Source: Candidatus Heimdallarchaeota archaeon
Lineage (GTDB): Archaea; Asgardarchaeota; Heimdallarchaeia; Hodarchaeales; Hodarchaeaceae
Length of the DNA: 48,553 nucleotides
Direction of reading: 5' to 3'
Assembly (NCBI GenBank): GCA_048881705.1
Contig: JBHLSH010000019.1
Location: 1-48,553 of the forward strand
Shown: in pieces, positions 28,734 to 38,269 of the stretch
Layout of the letters: every line of letters begins with the position of its first letter
Numbering within the stretch: the first letter of the stretch is position 1
The notes under the pieces: model-generated
Database searches by the model: none
What the model was told of the DNA's origin: nothing
Seen by the model: only the letters and a program-made list of their open reading frames with translations
Program-made: the position numbers and the translations under genes

Positions 28734-29312
28734 TTAAAGTGTTTTGTATCTAGACCAATTCTTATCTAGGTTTGCTGGGTCAAATAGTTTAGCTCCTCGT
28801 CGGGAAATAAAGGAATCCGAATTGATTATGGTTTTCTTTTTTAAATCAGAATATAATAAACCTACTTCTCTCGAAGCATGACGTTTTATGTTTTCAGCTA
28901 CTCTTGGAAGCACTTCACCTTGGCCGTAGAAGACAATCCACATCCATTCAAACTCCATACTATCCTTCACATAGTATGATTCCCTGAGATACTGAACAAT
29001 AGCAGACCATTTAGTGCGTGGTGGGTTTTGGATGTGGATAACTGCGCACCCAACTTTATAGGTTGGTGATGCCATGAAAGCAAACGCTTTTGATAACAGA
29101 AAGCCGCCGCTACGCACACCACCGTAGATCAAAGTATCGAACTTCGTTTTGTGACTCTGTTTTTCTTGATCCACTTCCTTGATCGCCTGAGAGAGCAGAA
29201 AATCTCGAATAGCTACGCTGAAGTTTGCTATCCACCTTCCGCCCTTTATCATTAGCTCGTACTCAAGATAATTAAGATATTCCTCGGTTATTGGTAAGGT
29301 TGGGGAAGACAC
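28734..29312 (-). CDS. Hypothetical protein (alpha/beta, possibly a degenerate PD-(D/E)xK-like fold)
   Basis: 192-aa ORF 10 nt upstream of the next gene. A TATA-like TTCTATAAAT lies upstream. Confidence 0.7.
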   Translation of the reverse strand: MSSPTLPITEEYLNYLEYELMIKGGRWIANFSVAIRDFLLSQAIKEVDQEKQSHKTKFDTLIYGGVRSGGFLLSKAFAFMASPTYKVGCAVIHIQNPPRTKWSAIVQYLRESYYVKDSMEFEWMWIVFYGQGEVLPRVAENIKRHASREVGLLYSDLKKKTIINSDSFISRRGAKLFDPANLDKNWSRYKTL

Positions 29313-29362
29313 GATCCCTCATGTATATGAAAAAGTGACCCCATTTATAGAATATCATTGGT

Positions 29363-29400
29363 AAAAAAAAGAGGAAAAAAAAGGAAGGGAGTGGGGGAGC
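29363..29400 (-). terminator. Archaeal oligo-T terminator after the APC permease
   Basis: The minus strand reads ...CCTTCCTTTTTTTTCCTCTTTTTTTT just after the permease stop. Confidence 0.6.
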
Positions 29401-29413
29401 AAGAGACTACGGC

Positions 29414-31171
29414 TTACTCGGGTGGAATTGAGGCGTAAATCGTTGTGAAATCTACACCACGTCGGCTATAATAGCTCTTCATGTAGAAGTAGATGACAGC
29501 TCCAATTATTACCATTACTACGACAGTCCAAAAGCCCCAGTTGAGAGTTGCAATGATATCTCCGCTGGGGATGATCGCCGCGGTGTCGGGTATAATTGGC
29601 ATAGCACCGATCAGTGGAAGGGCTTCTAGGCCTGCCATCGGAACTAGGATACCAAACTCACCCAATATTACCAGATCCAGATATATATTGGATATTAGGG
29701 CGATCCAGCCGATTACGACAATGCCCTCTCTACCAAACACTTTCGGTCGCCACGCGGTTCTCTCATAAACGTCTTTCATACGACCCGGTAGCATTATAGC
29801 AGCTACACACGCCATAGTGAAGAAGATGCCGTCTAAGAGGTCTGTAGCAACAACCCCGTTACCTATCATCTCTGCTAAAACAGGGATATGTATAACCCCG
29901 TTTAGACCAAAGGTACCCGCTTCGGCAAATACACCTAGAATAGCTATAATTGCAGTGGCGGTTATTGCATTGGTGGGAGAATGCCAGCGTTCATCGACTT
30001 TAGCAAAGGCCTCTGGTAGTGCACGATCAAAGGACATGGCGAAGAGGATTCTTGAAGAGGTGGTAATGAATGGAGGGAGGTCGTTTGCGAGCCATAAGAC
30101 ACCTGCAATTGCAAAGAAGATGGCGAGGAATCCAAATCCAAGACCATCAGCGGCTACTGCAGCAACGAATGGCATGAAGTTATAGCCAGTATATGTAGGA
30201 TTGGCGGCCTGTTCATTGTTGAATGATACTGCTTGGAACCACTTCCATCCGCTTGCGTGAGTACCTACGGAGGCTGCCATTGACATCAAAGTGCTGATCG
30301 ACATGTAGATACCGAGGATAAGAAAGCCAGCTGCTAGATGTGAAATTGGTAACGATCGATTAGCTTCCTTAACTTCGCCTGCGGCAAAGGAAATAGCTGC
30401 GTACCCAATCCATGACCAATAGGCTCCGAGGATAGCAGTGTTCACTGCAGAGAAGTAATCTGGTGCTTGGTTTGCGGGAACATCGAGACCTTGAGATACG
30501 GCATCGGCAATCCATTGGTTAGCTGTAGCGCCTGTCACATTTTGTATTCCTGTTTCCATGGCTGCGGTATTTAACACACCCATAATAAGCATTGCATAGA
30601 TTGCCACTGTAATAACAGCAGGTATCCAAAACATCACATGTAACAGCTTTCCTGTCATTGAGGTACCGAAGAATGCGATTCCTGCGAAGAGGAAGGTAAA
30701 TACGATACCCAAGATGGTATACCAGAGCGGGTCATCAAGGAAATCGAACGCTGTTACGCCAGCTACTGGCATGAAGAGGACTGTAAACTCAACGACAATC
30801 ACCGCAATAAGCCCGTAGCTGATGGCAATGCCCAAAAATTCAGCCCAAGCGGATACAAAACCGACTCCAGGACTGATAACCCGTGAAATGTAGACATATC
30901 CACCGCCCGCACGGGGCATGGCCGTTGCCATTACTGCAAACACGAAAACTGTCGAGATCGCAGCTATCCCTGTCAGAAGAAAAGCAACCACCAGTGGATC
31001 GACCAAAAGCACTTTCGAGGGATGTAACGGGGCCCATCCTGTTGTTTGAAACACTCGTTTCTGCCAACCAGCGCCGACGACGTTAGATAGGATAAAAATG
31101 GTCGCTGTTACCACTCCTATTTCCCGTACGAGACCTGTTGCGTCTCGGACATAGGTTTTTGATTCACTCAT
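29414..31171 (-). CDS. APC-family amino acid permease
   Basis: YVRDATGLVRE, AMPRAGGGYVYISR, AAGEVKEANRSLP and SRILFAMSFDRALP, with about 12-14 TM. ATG at 31171 is preceded by AAGGTGA (the GTG at 31183 is part of that SD). Confidence 0.92.
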   Translation of the reverse strand: MSESKTYVRDATGLVREIGVVTATIFILSNVVGAGWQKRVFQTTGWAPLHPSKVLLVDPLVVAFLLTGIAAISTVFVFAVMATAMPRAGGGYVYISRVISPGVGFVSAWAEFLGIAISYGLIAVIVVEFTVLFMPVAGVTAFDFLDDPLWYTILGIVFTFLFAGIAFFGTSMTGKLLHVMFWIPAVITVAIYAMLIMGVLNTAAMETGIQNVTGATANQWIADAVSQGLDVPANQAPDYFSAVNTAILGAYWSWIGYAAISFAAGEVKEANRSLPISHLAAGFLILGIYMSISTLMSMAASVGTHASGWKWFQAVSFNNEQAANPTYTGYNFMPFVAAVAADGLGFGFLAIFFAIAGVLWLANDLPPFITTSSRILFAMSFDRALPEAFAKVDERWHSPTNAITATAIIAILGVFAEAGTFGLNGVIHIPVLAEMIGNGVVATDLLDGIFFTMACVAAIMLPGRMKDVYERTAWRPKVFGREGIVVIGWIALISNIYLDLVILGEFGILVPMAGLEALPLIGAMPIIPDTAAIIPSGDIIATLNWGFWTVVVMVIIGAVIYFYMKSYYSRRGVDFTTIYASIPPE

Positions 31172-31358
31172 TTGTATTTTCACCTTCGAAATCTACCAAT
31201 AATGGGAAATCGTGAGATCCCATTGTTAGGATATGGATGCTGCGAAAACATTCATTATTGGTGATTCTCAGATACGTTTCCTAACACATTTGCCGACTTG
31301 CGGAGAAATCCGTTAATGCAAGACGACAACTGTACAACCATCCTATCAACCGTGCAAG

Positions 31359-31374
31359 TTATATAAAATTTTCG
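31359..31374 (-). promoter_or_regulatory. Putative BRE-TATA promoter for the permease, implying a leader of about 160 nt
   Basis: The minus strand reads CGAAAA-TTTTATATAA, a canonical BRE immediately followed by a TATA box. Confidence 0.5.
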
Positions 31375-31867
31375 TAGGAATGCAGTCCTCCCCGTGATGG
31401 AACATTGAAGTAGACATTCAACGATATTCCCCCAAATATCGCATCAATATTTTACTTTATTGAAATATTTAAAGTTTTTCGACCAATGACGAGTCATAAT
31501 CAAAATGCAAAATCACTGCCTCCTTTCAAATGGGAGAAATCTTGGAGCCTGATTACTGGAATGATTTGGTTATCCGGATAATTCGACGTACTGGAGGTAT
31601 TAAACTTGGAGCACGAAACTAACATACCCTTGGATACTGGAATATTCCTGTGAAAAATGTAGCAACTGCAGACTGAAACCTATCTTTTTCTGAAAATAAA
31701 ATCCCTACCTGTCACTTAACTTATTCATCTATTATATCCATCTTATGAATGATTTTCGAAAAATAAATAATTCGATTTATGGATGCAGCGTAAATCAAGT
31801 TTAACATTATATACGTGGAATCATATTAGTTAAAACGACATCTAATTACTATAAGGGTGAATTTAGG

Positions 31868-32878
31868 ATGGTTAGGTTCTTTTATTGCACAGATATACAT
31901 GGATCCGAAGCAGTATGGCGGAAATTTCTCAATTCAGCGAAATATCTGAATGTTGATACTCTGATTATGGGCGGTGATATCACCGGAAAAAGAATTGTTC
32001 CAATCGTCGAGCAACCAGATGGATCTTGGACTGGATCTATCTACGGACTTGCCGAGCAGGAGGTAGTAATGCGTACAGAGAAAGATATCAAGGATTTTGA
32101 ATTCCGTGCTCGGATGGCGGGTTGTTATACCTATCGTATCACACCTGAAGAACAAAATGAACTATCCTCCCCTGAATCAATGACCGAAGAAGGGAAGATG
32201 GTCAAAGGAGGAGCACTGGATAAACTGTTTGACAAAGTTGAAGCAGATTCATTACAACTCTGGATTGATATGATCGACGACACCATGGCAGATGGAACCA
32301 AACGCGTCCCCAATGGTACCAAAATCATCATTTGCCCTGGAAACGACGATAAGTTTGCGATAGACGAAATTATCATCAAAGATCCGCGTGTGATTTTCGG
32401 AGAAGGTGCCAAAGTCGATTTGGATGATCAACATGAAATGATATCCTACGGGTGGACCAATCCAACCCCCTGGCACACATATCGAGAAACAAGTGAAGAT
32501 AAAATCGAAGCCAAGATTGAGGAACTAGTTCCTAGGATTAGAAACTTGGAAAACTCTGTCTTCTGTTTCCATGCGCCGCCCTTTGAGAGTAAAATTGATG
32601 AAGCTCCATTGTTAAATTCCGATCTCACGTATGCTGGATATAGCGGAGGCGAACCTGTTCGTGGACCAGTAGGCTGCAAAGCGGTGAGAAACGCAATTGA
32701 AAAGTACCAACCACTTCTGGGACTCCATGGACACATCCACGAATCACCTGGCAGCGTCAAGATCGGTCGAACTTATTGTTTAAACCCCGGAAGTGAGTAT
32801 ACTGAGGCTATCCTCAAAGGTTTCCTTGTTGAACTGGAGAAAGGGGAAATAAAACGAATGCAGCGGGTCGAAGCTTAG
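31868..32878 (+). CDS. Metallophosphoesterase (Icc/calcineurin-like)
   Basis: TDIHGS, GGDITG, PGNDD, FHAPP and HGHIHE motifs. GGTGA SD. Confidence 0.92.
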   Translation: MVRFFYCTDIHGSEAVWRKFLNSAKYLNVDTLIMGGDITGKRIVPIVEQPDGSWTGSIYGLAEQEVVMRTEKDIKDFEFRARMAGCYTYRITPEEQNELSSPESMTEEGKMVKGGALDKLFDKVEADSLQLWIDMIDDTMADGTKRVPNGTKIIICPGNDDKFAIDEIIIKDPRVIFGEGAKVDLDDQHEMISYGWTNPTPWHTYRETSEDKIEAKIEELVPRIRNLENSVFCFHAPPFESKIDEAPLLNSDLTYAGYSGGEPVRGPVGCKAVRNAIEKYQPLLGLHGHIHESPGSVKIGRTYCLNPGSEYTEAILKGFLVELEKGEIKRMQRVEA

Positions 32879-33030
32879 GTTATCCCAGTCTGGGCCCCAA
32901 TTTAAAAACCGTTGAATCAGTTATTTCGGTTGATGAGATTTTCACCGAAGTTCTGAATACCATGAGAAACCGGAAAAAAGACGTATAAATGATTCTTTAA
33001 AAACTCGAATAATAGTCTGAAGGTCAAACT

Positions 33031-33897
33031 ATGCAAAAATCTTTGGCGCAGGCTCAGAACGATGCCCTAATGGAACTTGGCTATAAATTCCTAAACCAGT
33101 GTAAAGAACATTCGATTCCTTGCTTCCTTTGGGGCGGCGGCGCGATATACTACTTCTTGGGGGGGAAGATGGACTATCGAAAAATGAGTGATATGGAATT
33201 TCTCCTCCCTTTAAAGGTAGATCATGAGGTACAGGGACTTCTAGAGGAGATGGGGTTCTTACCCTACAAGACATTCAACAACATGCAGAATCAGTATGAC
33301 CCCAAGAGGAGAGAGTTTTATCTGCCAAGCAGAGAGCTATCAAAAAATGAAGAGGATAATGTCTTCCATGGTCGGAAAAGCAATGTTGAAGACGCCAAAT
33401 TTAAAAAAGTAGAGCTCTTCGTTAATGGAATTCGGTTATGCTGGACTTTCAAAATCAAGGATCTACCCTCTAATTATTTTGAAAGTTTGATATGTCCACC
33501 AGGCTTCCAGATCGCCCTCAAAGCTCACGCCATTCATCCCGATGATTTTGACTTGAAGGATATACAGGACATTGCCCGTGTTGTGAATTCACCTCAATGT
33601 GGAGTGGGATCCACAGATACAATATTTGATGACATCAATCCAGGTCAGCCAGGGCAATATGTCATAGGAAAAGATATCTTCGAGAAAGTGGCAGACAAGA
33701 AGCTTGATTTTGCAGGAACTATTGTTCGAAATCTCTCTGAGGTTTTGCTTCATGCGGGATTAACTCAAAACGGAAAGACCAAACTCCTGGAGATCATCGA
33801 TTTCCTTAAACCGCTAGAAGAAAAGGATGAATCCCTGGGATTTTTATCTAGGGCGAAAAAGGAAAAACCCGTTCGTGTCGATGCCCGAACGCGTTAA
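33031..33897 (+). CDS. Nucleotidyltransferase-superfamily (pol-beta-like) protein, paralog A
   Basis: WGGGAI...SDMEF (hGG-x-DhE), a third acidic strand KVELF, and KDIQDI. Confidence 0.7.
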   Translation: MQKSLAQAQNDALMELGYKFLNQCKEHSIPCFLWGGGAIYYFLGGKMDYRKMSDMEFLLPLKVDHEVQGLLEEMGFLPYKTFNNMQNQYDPKRREFYLPSRELSKNEEDNVFHGRKSNVEDAKFKKVELFVNGIRLCWTFKIKDLPSNYFESLICPPGFQIALKAHAIHPDDFDLKDIQDIARVVNSPQCGVGSTDTIFDDINPGQPGQYVIGKDIFEKVADKKLDFAGTIVRNLSEVLLHAGLTQNGKTKLLEIIDFLKPLEEKDESLGFLSRAKKEKPVRVDARTR

Positions 33898-34829
33898 CTA
33901 TCTTCACTAGAATCTTTGAGGGTTGTGGGTCTATCAATTAGATGTTTTCCAGAAAAGATTCTAAATTCGCCCACACTTTCAGTTGTTTCTACTGGGCGGT
34001 ACCACCGTTTTGAGGCGCCTATTTTTGCCCGTGCCCTCCAGGCGCGGTTTTTTGGGAGTTGACCGAAGTATTCGGTCATCTTATCGATTTTCCTGGCTAC
34101 ATTCCCTCGTTGATCTTCTGAGAGCTCATCAAATTCATCCAGAACGTTCTTGATGTTTGTCAGATTTGTTGTGACTGTGTGATAAAAACCCCAGGCGTAG
34201 GCGCCTTTTCGCAGGTATTTTTCGCCCATATGTTCAATGTTGATCGTTTCAGGCTCGTTATCAAACCCGATCTTATGAGGAATGAGCAACATTATTGTAT
34301 CTGCGATATCTTTGTAATTCATTTTGACAATTTGGGTTTTCCCCAAAAGTAGCTCGGCAAGTGGTAAGGTTGGCGAGTCCAATGCAAGACGTTTATGGTC
34401 AAGGTCAATGTCATGGTTGAACTTCATTTTACCATAGAAACAATCAATAAACCACCAGTTCTTGGGATGGATATAGATACGGCGCTGGCTAGCGGCTGTG
34501 GATAAAGTCGGCTTTCGTTTAGCATATCCTAGTTTCTCCATGAACTTATCCATCTTTTTCATATGTTTATAGGAAATTCCCCCGTCGATGTCAGTTATTT
34601 CAGCCCCTGCCTCATCCCCTAAGCGTTTCAAACTCTTGTAAAGGTTTTCCAGGCCATGAGGTTGGACATGGAGGCGAATAGCAAGGCCCCCTACCAATCT
34701 AAAATGGACTCCGAATTCTTCAGCTTTTGTGACTAGAGTCTTAGCTTCGTCAATAAACACTTCCAACGGGATGACTCCGCCCCATTCCTCTGGAAGATCA
34801 ATTCTTACGCCTTCTTTCTTTTGGAGCAT
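33894..34829 (-). CDS. Nucleotidyltransferase-superfamily protein, paralog B
   Basis: VGGLAI...TDIDG, IDCF, LLLGKTQIVKMNYKDIAD and C-terminal RAKIGASKRWYRPVE. Its stop overlaps paralog A at TTAA. Confidence 0.75.
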   Translation of the reverse strand: MLQKKEGVRIDLPEEWGGVIPLEVFIDEAKTLVTKAEEFGVHFRLVGGLAIRLHVQPHGLENLYKSLKRLGDEAGAEITDIDGGISYKHMKKMDKFMEKLGYAKRKPTLSTAASQRRIYIHPKNWWFIDCFYGKMKFNHDIDLDHKRLALDSPTLPLAELLLGKTQIVKMNYKDIADTIMLLIPHKIGFDNEPETINIEHMGEKYLRKGAYAWGFYHTVTTNLTNIKNVLDEFDELSEDQRGNVARKIDKMTEYFGQLPKNRAWRARAKIGASKRWYRPVETTESVGEFRIFSGKHLIDRPTTLKDSSEDS

Positions 34830-34920
34830 GATTATTGCCTCATAGTGTCCATTGAGGGTTCTTACGTCGGACTAGCTATTCTTCATATTAATACGTTGAT
34901 AAAGTTGACCTGGAAAACCA

Positions 34921-35547
34921 TCATTGGGGAATCTCAGTGAGCCCCTTTTCCGTCAACAGATGATTAATTCTAGTTTTTAGACCTCCAGTTACCTCTTCTT
35001 GCCATGATTTAAGAGTCGAAACAATCGCCCCGTGGGATTCCATCCGCCGTATTCCAATCGAATGTTCAAATTCATTACGGGAATAGGTGAGATCGACTAA
35101 TACTACTACTCTATAACCATGATCTAGTAGATCTAGAGCGCTCTGCATGATACAAACGTCCGTTTCCAGACCAGCCAATACAATGACTGGGCGTCCAGTG
35201 GACTTAATTGTATCCCGGATTTCAGTCTGTCCCCAACAGCTGTAAATGAATTTGTCAAAAATCTGGGGATCTTTCGCCTCTTTTTGAACTTGAGATTCCA
35301 GGCTGGTCTCGATTGAGCCATTTTTGGCAATGTCTTCCGCGGTCAAAATGTAGGGGATTTCAAGAACACCACAAAGTTGGATTAACCAGATGTGTTTCTT
35401 CAAAAACTTAGTACGATCTTCTGCTGTTAAACCCTTTAAAAATGGTTCCTGGACATCTATAATAAGAACTAAACATTCTTGTGCTTTAATGAGACGAGAA
35501 GAGCGATCAGAGGGCTCCATGATATCACTAGCATGTGGGTATTCCAT
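34921..35547 (-). CDS. Isochorismatase-family cysteine hydrolase (YcaC-like)
   Basis: Triad IIDVQ, DKFIYS and GLETDVCI. Confidence 0.9.
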   Translation of the reverse strand: MEYPHASDIMEPSDRSSRLIKAQECLVLIIDVQEPFLKGLTAEDRTKFLKKHIWLIQLCGVLEIPYILTAEDIAKNGSIETSLESQVQKEAKDPQIFDKFIYSCWGQTEIRDTIKSTGRPVIVLAGLETDVCIMQSALDLLDHGYRVVVLVDLTYSRNEFEHSIGIRRMESHGAIVSTLKSWQEEVTGGLKTRINHLLTEKGLTEIPQ

Positions 35548-35555
35548 TCTTTGGG

Positions 35556-36326
35556 CTATCCCTTTAGAATCTCTGCAACTTTGTCCATTCTTTTGAAAAG
35601 AACATCGTATTCTTTAAAATATTCAATGATTTTCTCTAGAACTCTTATTCGATAAGCATGCCCGATACAGGCCGGATGGCAGGTTAGCGTCAGAACTCGG
35701 TGATTGTCGTGGATATCGGTCATAGCCACATAGGCCTCAATCTGAGACTTCCAAATGCCGAACGCTTGAGTGGGAGAAAACTGTTTCTCTTCAAATAAGA
35801 TCCAATCATCCATAAACCATTCCACGGGGAATTCTATCAGAGTTTTTGGTGAATTCGAGGGTTGAAAAGTATATGGACGGTCATCGTCGAACAGACTGGA
35901 ATCATAAAGGTAGTTTCGCTCCGCTAGAAGGCCTAAAGTATTCTGGGATAACCTCCAGTAGGGAGCTCGGAAACCTCTAACTCGTTGGCCCACAGATTCC
36001 AATGCTTTTTCAGTCCGGTCATGGACGTTTCTCTCTTCCTCAATGGATAAAGTGTCTAAATATTCATGGAGGTACCCATGAGCTGCAACCTCATGACCCC
36101 CCGCGATAATTTGCTTGGTAAGATCTGGATAGTTCTCTGCAACCCAGCCACAGGTAAAAAAGGTTCCGTGAATTTGATGTTGCCTTAAAAGCGAAAGGAT
36201 CCGTGGTACGCCTCTCCTAACTGCGAATCTTCCTTTCGAAACTCGACCTGGCTCTTCTAGCTGTCGTATTTGAACGCTTTCAGCATCGAAATCAAAAGTG
36301 AGACATACCGTTAACTTAGCAGTCAT
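35556..36326 (-). CDS. CE4 polysaccharide-deacetylase family, PuuE/HpPgdA-like hydrolase
   Basis: TFDFDAES, HGYLHE, GFRAP, YDSS and LTCHP. Confidence 0.9.
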   Translation of the reverse strand: MTAKLTVCLTFDFDAESVQIRQLEEPGRVSKGRFAVRRGVPRILSLLRQHQIHGTFFTCGWVAENYPDLTKQIIAGGHEVAAHGYLHEYLDTLSIEEERNVHDRTEKALESVGQRVRGFRAPYWRLSQNTLGLLAERNYLYDSSLFDDDRPYTFQPSNSPKTLIEFPVEWFMDDWILFEEKQFSPTQAFGIWKSQIEAYVAMTDIHDNHRVLTLTCHPACIGHAYRIRVLEKIIEYFKEYDVLFKRMDKVAEILKG

Positions 36327-36348
36327 TATAGTTCATTCCATTTGTATC

Positions 36349-37293
36349 TTATTTACGGAGAAGAGGGAGCGTCATACAATGGGGACCTCCTCCACCTCGG
36401 GCCAATTCACTACCAGGGATTCTCAGAGCCTCCACCCCTCTTTCCTCCATCTCTGCGATTATTCTTTCATTCCACTCATAGATAACACATTTCCTGCCGT
36501 TAATGCATACTACATTTGCCCCGAAACCGTAAACCTCGTTATCTGAGACAATAATTTTGTCAGGATCATACTTTTCTTCAATGAAATCCATTAACGGGAT
36601 CAGTAGCGGGGGTTCGTTTTTGTGTATAACACGAGCTGGAAAAGTTTGTACTGCTGGAGGATAAACAAGAATTAAATTTTCATTAACAAACATAAGCCCG
36701 CCATCAAGATGAACCCTCCATGATGGGAGTGGAACTAGAACCACAGTGTTCATTACCTGCTTATCCAGAAGATCGTGACCTACCTTCATCCCTCCTTCTT
36801 CGTTAGAGCGAGGATTATAACCGATGAAGACCGTATCTTGATCAGGGAACACAAAATCTCCTCCCTCTAGTAATCCTGGGGCCTGAGTTTTATGGAACCG
36901 TGGAACACCGAGCCTTTCGAGTCCTAGCGCTACAAGTTCAGGTTCTCGCGTCCGGACTTGCTTGGCCATCCGCATTTGGATATATCCTGCGGCAGTGATC
37001 GTACAGGTATCTTTCATATAGACAAGGTTCGGATCTACCACCTGACACTCAGAATCGGTTAAGTGATCATTTAGATATATAACTTCAACGTTTTCCCCTC
37101 TGAGGACATCACAATAGGTATCGTGTTCTTCTTGGAAACGTTTCCAATAAACTACGTCTCGAAATGAAAATTCTCGGTAGGTATCCACTGTTATTTGTTT
37201 AACTTCCTTTCCAGGACGAAACATCACAACCTTCCGCAATGGAAGATATTCGCAACTCGAACCGAATTCTTGTATTTCCAATTCTATCGCCAA
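36349..37293 (-). CDS. Amidinotransferase superfamily (arginine deiminase/DDAH-like)
   Basis: PNLVYMKD, LEGGD, HLD and catalytic GGGPHCMT. Confidence 0.9.
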   Translation of the reverse strand: MAIELEIQEFGSSCEYLPLRKVVMFRPGKEVKQITVDTYREFSFRDVVYWKRFQEEHDTYCDVLRGENVEVIYLNDHLTDSECQVVDPNLVYMKDTCTITAAGYIQMRMAKQVRTREPELVALGLERLGVPRFHKTQAPGLLEGGDFVFPDQDTVFIGYNPRSNEEGGMKVGHDLLDKQVMNTVVLVPLPSWRVHLDGGLMFVNENLILVYPPAVQTFPARVIHKNEPPLLIPLMDFIEEKYDPDKIIVSDNEVYGFGANVVCINGRKCVIYEWNERIIAEMEERGVEALRIPGSELARGGGGPHCMTLPLLRK

Positions 37294-38148
37294 TTACTTT
37301 AGTTTAGCAAGTCTATGAATTAACTGTTTTCCAACGGTTACCGTGGTTTCTCCGATATCTTTTTCCGGATTGTAGGCTGTTAGCGCTGCTGCACTTATCG
37401 AAAAACGATTGTTCAAGATCTGGATGATTTGGAGAACATCATCACTCGAGAGGCCATCAGGAGTCCGGTAATCGACTCCTGGAACTTCTGTTGGATCAAT
37501 GACATCAATATCAATGTGCAAGTAAATCTCTGAAACTCTTTTTTGTAGTTTCTTTAAAACAGGTAATAACGCGTTTTCGATCCCTTTATCCTTTATGTCT
37601 GCGGTATTTACAACCATGACATGAGAGTTATCTAAGAGTTTTTTTTCTGGAGGATCAAAGTCACGTCCCCCCAAATGAACGGTTTGTGATTCTGCGATTG
37701 GGTCTATATCTGCGATTTGATCCCAAAGATCTCTATGACATTGACCAGTAGCTACAGCCAATGGCATACCATCGAAAAATCCAGTCAGTGTAGTTTCTGG
37801 TGTGTTGAAATCTCCATGGGCATCCAAATATACTATGCCCACATCCTGAGTGTTCAGACCCGCCAAGGTTCCAAAACATGTATTGCAGTTTCCCCCCAAG
37901 ATTAACGGGAATTGAGCTTTAGTTCTTGCGCGGGCAACTCTTCTGCGAAGATCCTGGTTAACTTGAACAATACGGCTTTTTTCATTTCCTTCAAGTTCTG
38001 ATATGTAAACGATTTCGACAGAGGTTTTACCTACCTTAGTTATGAGCTCTTGCTCAATACCTGCTTCTAGATATTTTAGTGGCCCCAATCCCATTCCCTG
38101 TTTTTCTTGGCCCAGATGATATGGGACCGCAATTAGACATATATCCAT
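37294..38148 (-). CDS. Arginase/ureohydrolase-family protein, non-canonical subfamily
   Basis: GGNC, DAHGDFNTP, HIDIDVIDP and PDGL motifs. Confidence 0.9.
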   Translation of the reverse strand: MDICLIAVPYHLGQEKQGMGLGPLKYLEAGIEQELITKVGKTSVEIVYISELEGNEKSRIVQVNQDLRRRVARARTKAQFPLILGGNCNTCFGTLAGLNTQDVGIVYLDAHGDFNTPETTLTGFFDGMPLAVATGQCHRDLWDQIADIDPIAESQTVHLGGRDFDPPEKKLLDNSHVMVVNTADIKDKGIENALLPVLKKLQKRVSEIYLHIDIDVIDPTEVPGVDYRTPDGLSSDDVLQIIQILNNRFSISAAALTAYNPEKDIGETTVTVGKQLIHRLAKLK

Positions 38149-38269
38149 CTTAAATCAACCAAACACGTCTTCGAGGAGAGCAATGAATATCAGCATGCAT
38201 AACTAAAAATAAATTTCCTTCCTCCGTGTTTTTAACGTTCTTTAGACCATTTTCAGGTGGTTTGCCGTT

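Noticed and set aside
31420-31780. Short palindromes (CGATATT-N6-AATATCG at 31422-31441; TTTTCGAAAA at 31753-31762) in the permease/phosphoesterase intergenic region
   Set aside because: Too short and AT-rich to separate from chance without cross-genome conservation.
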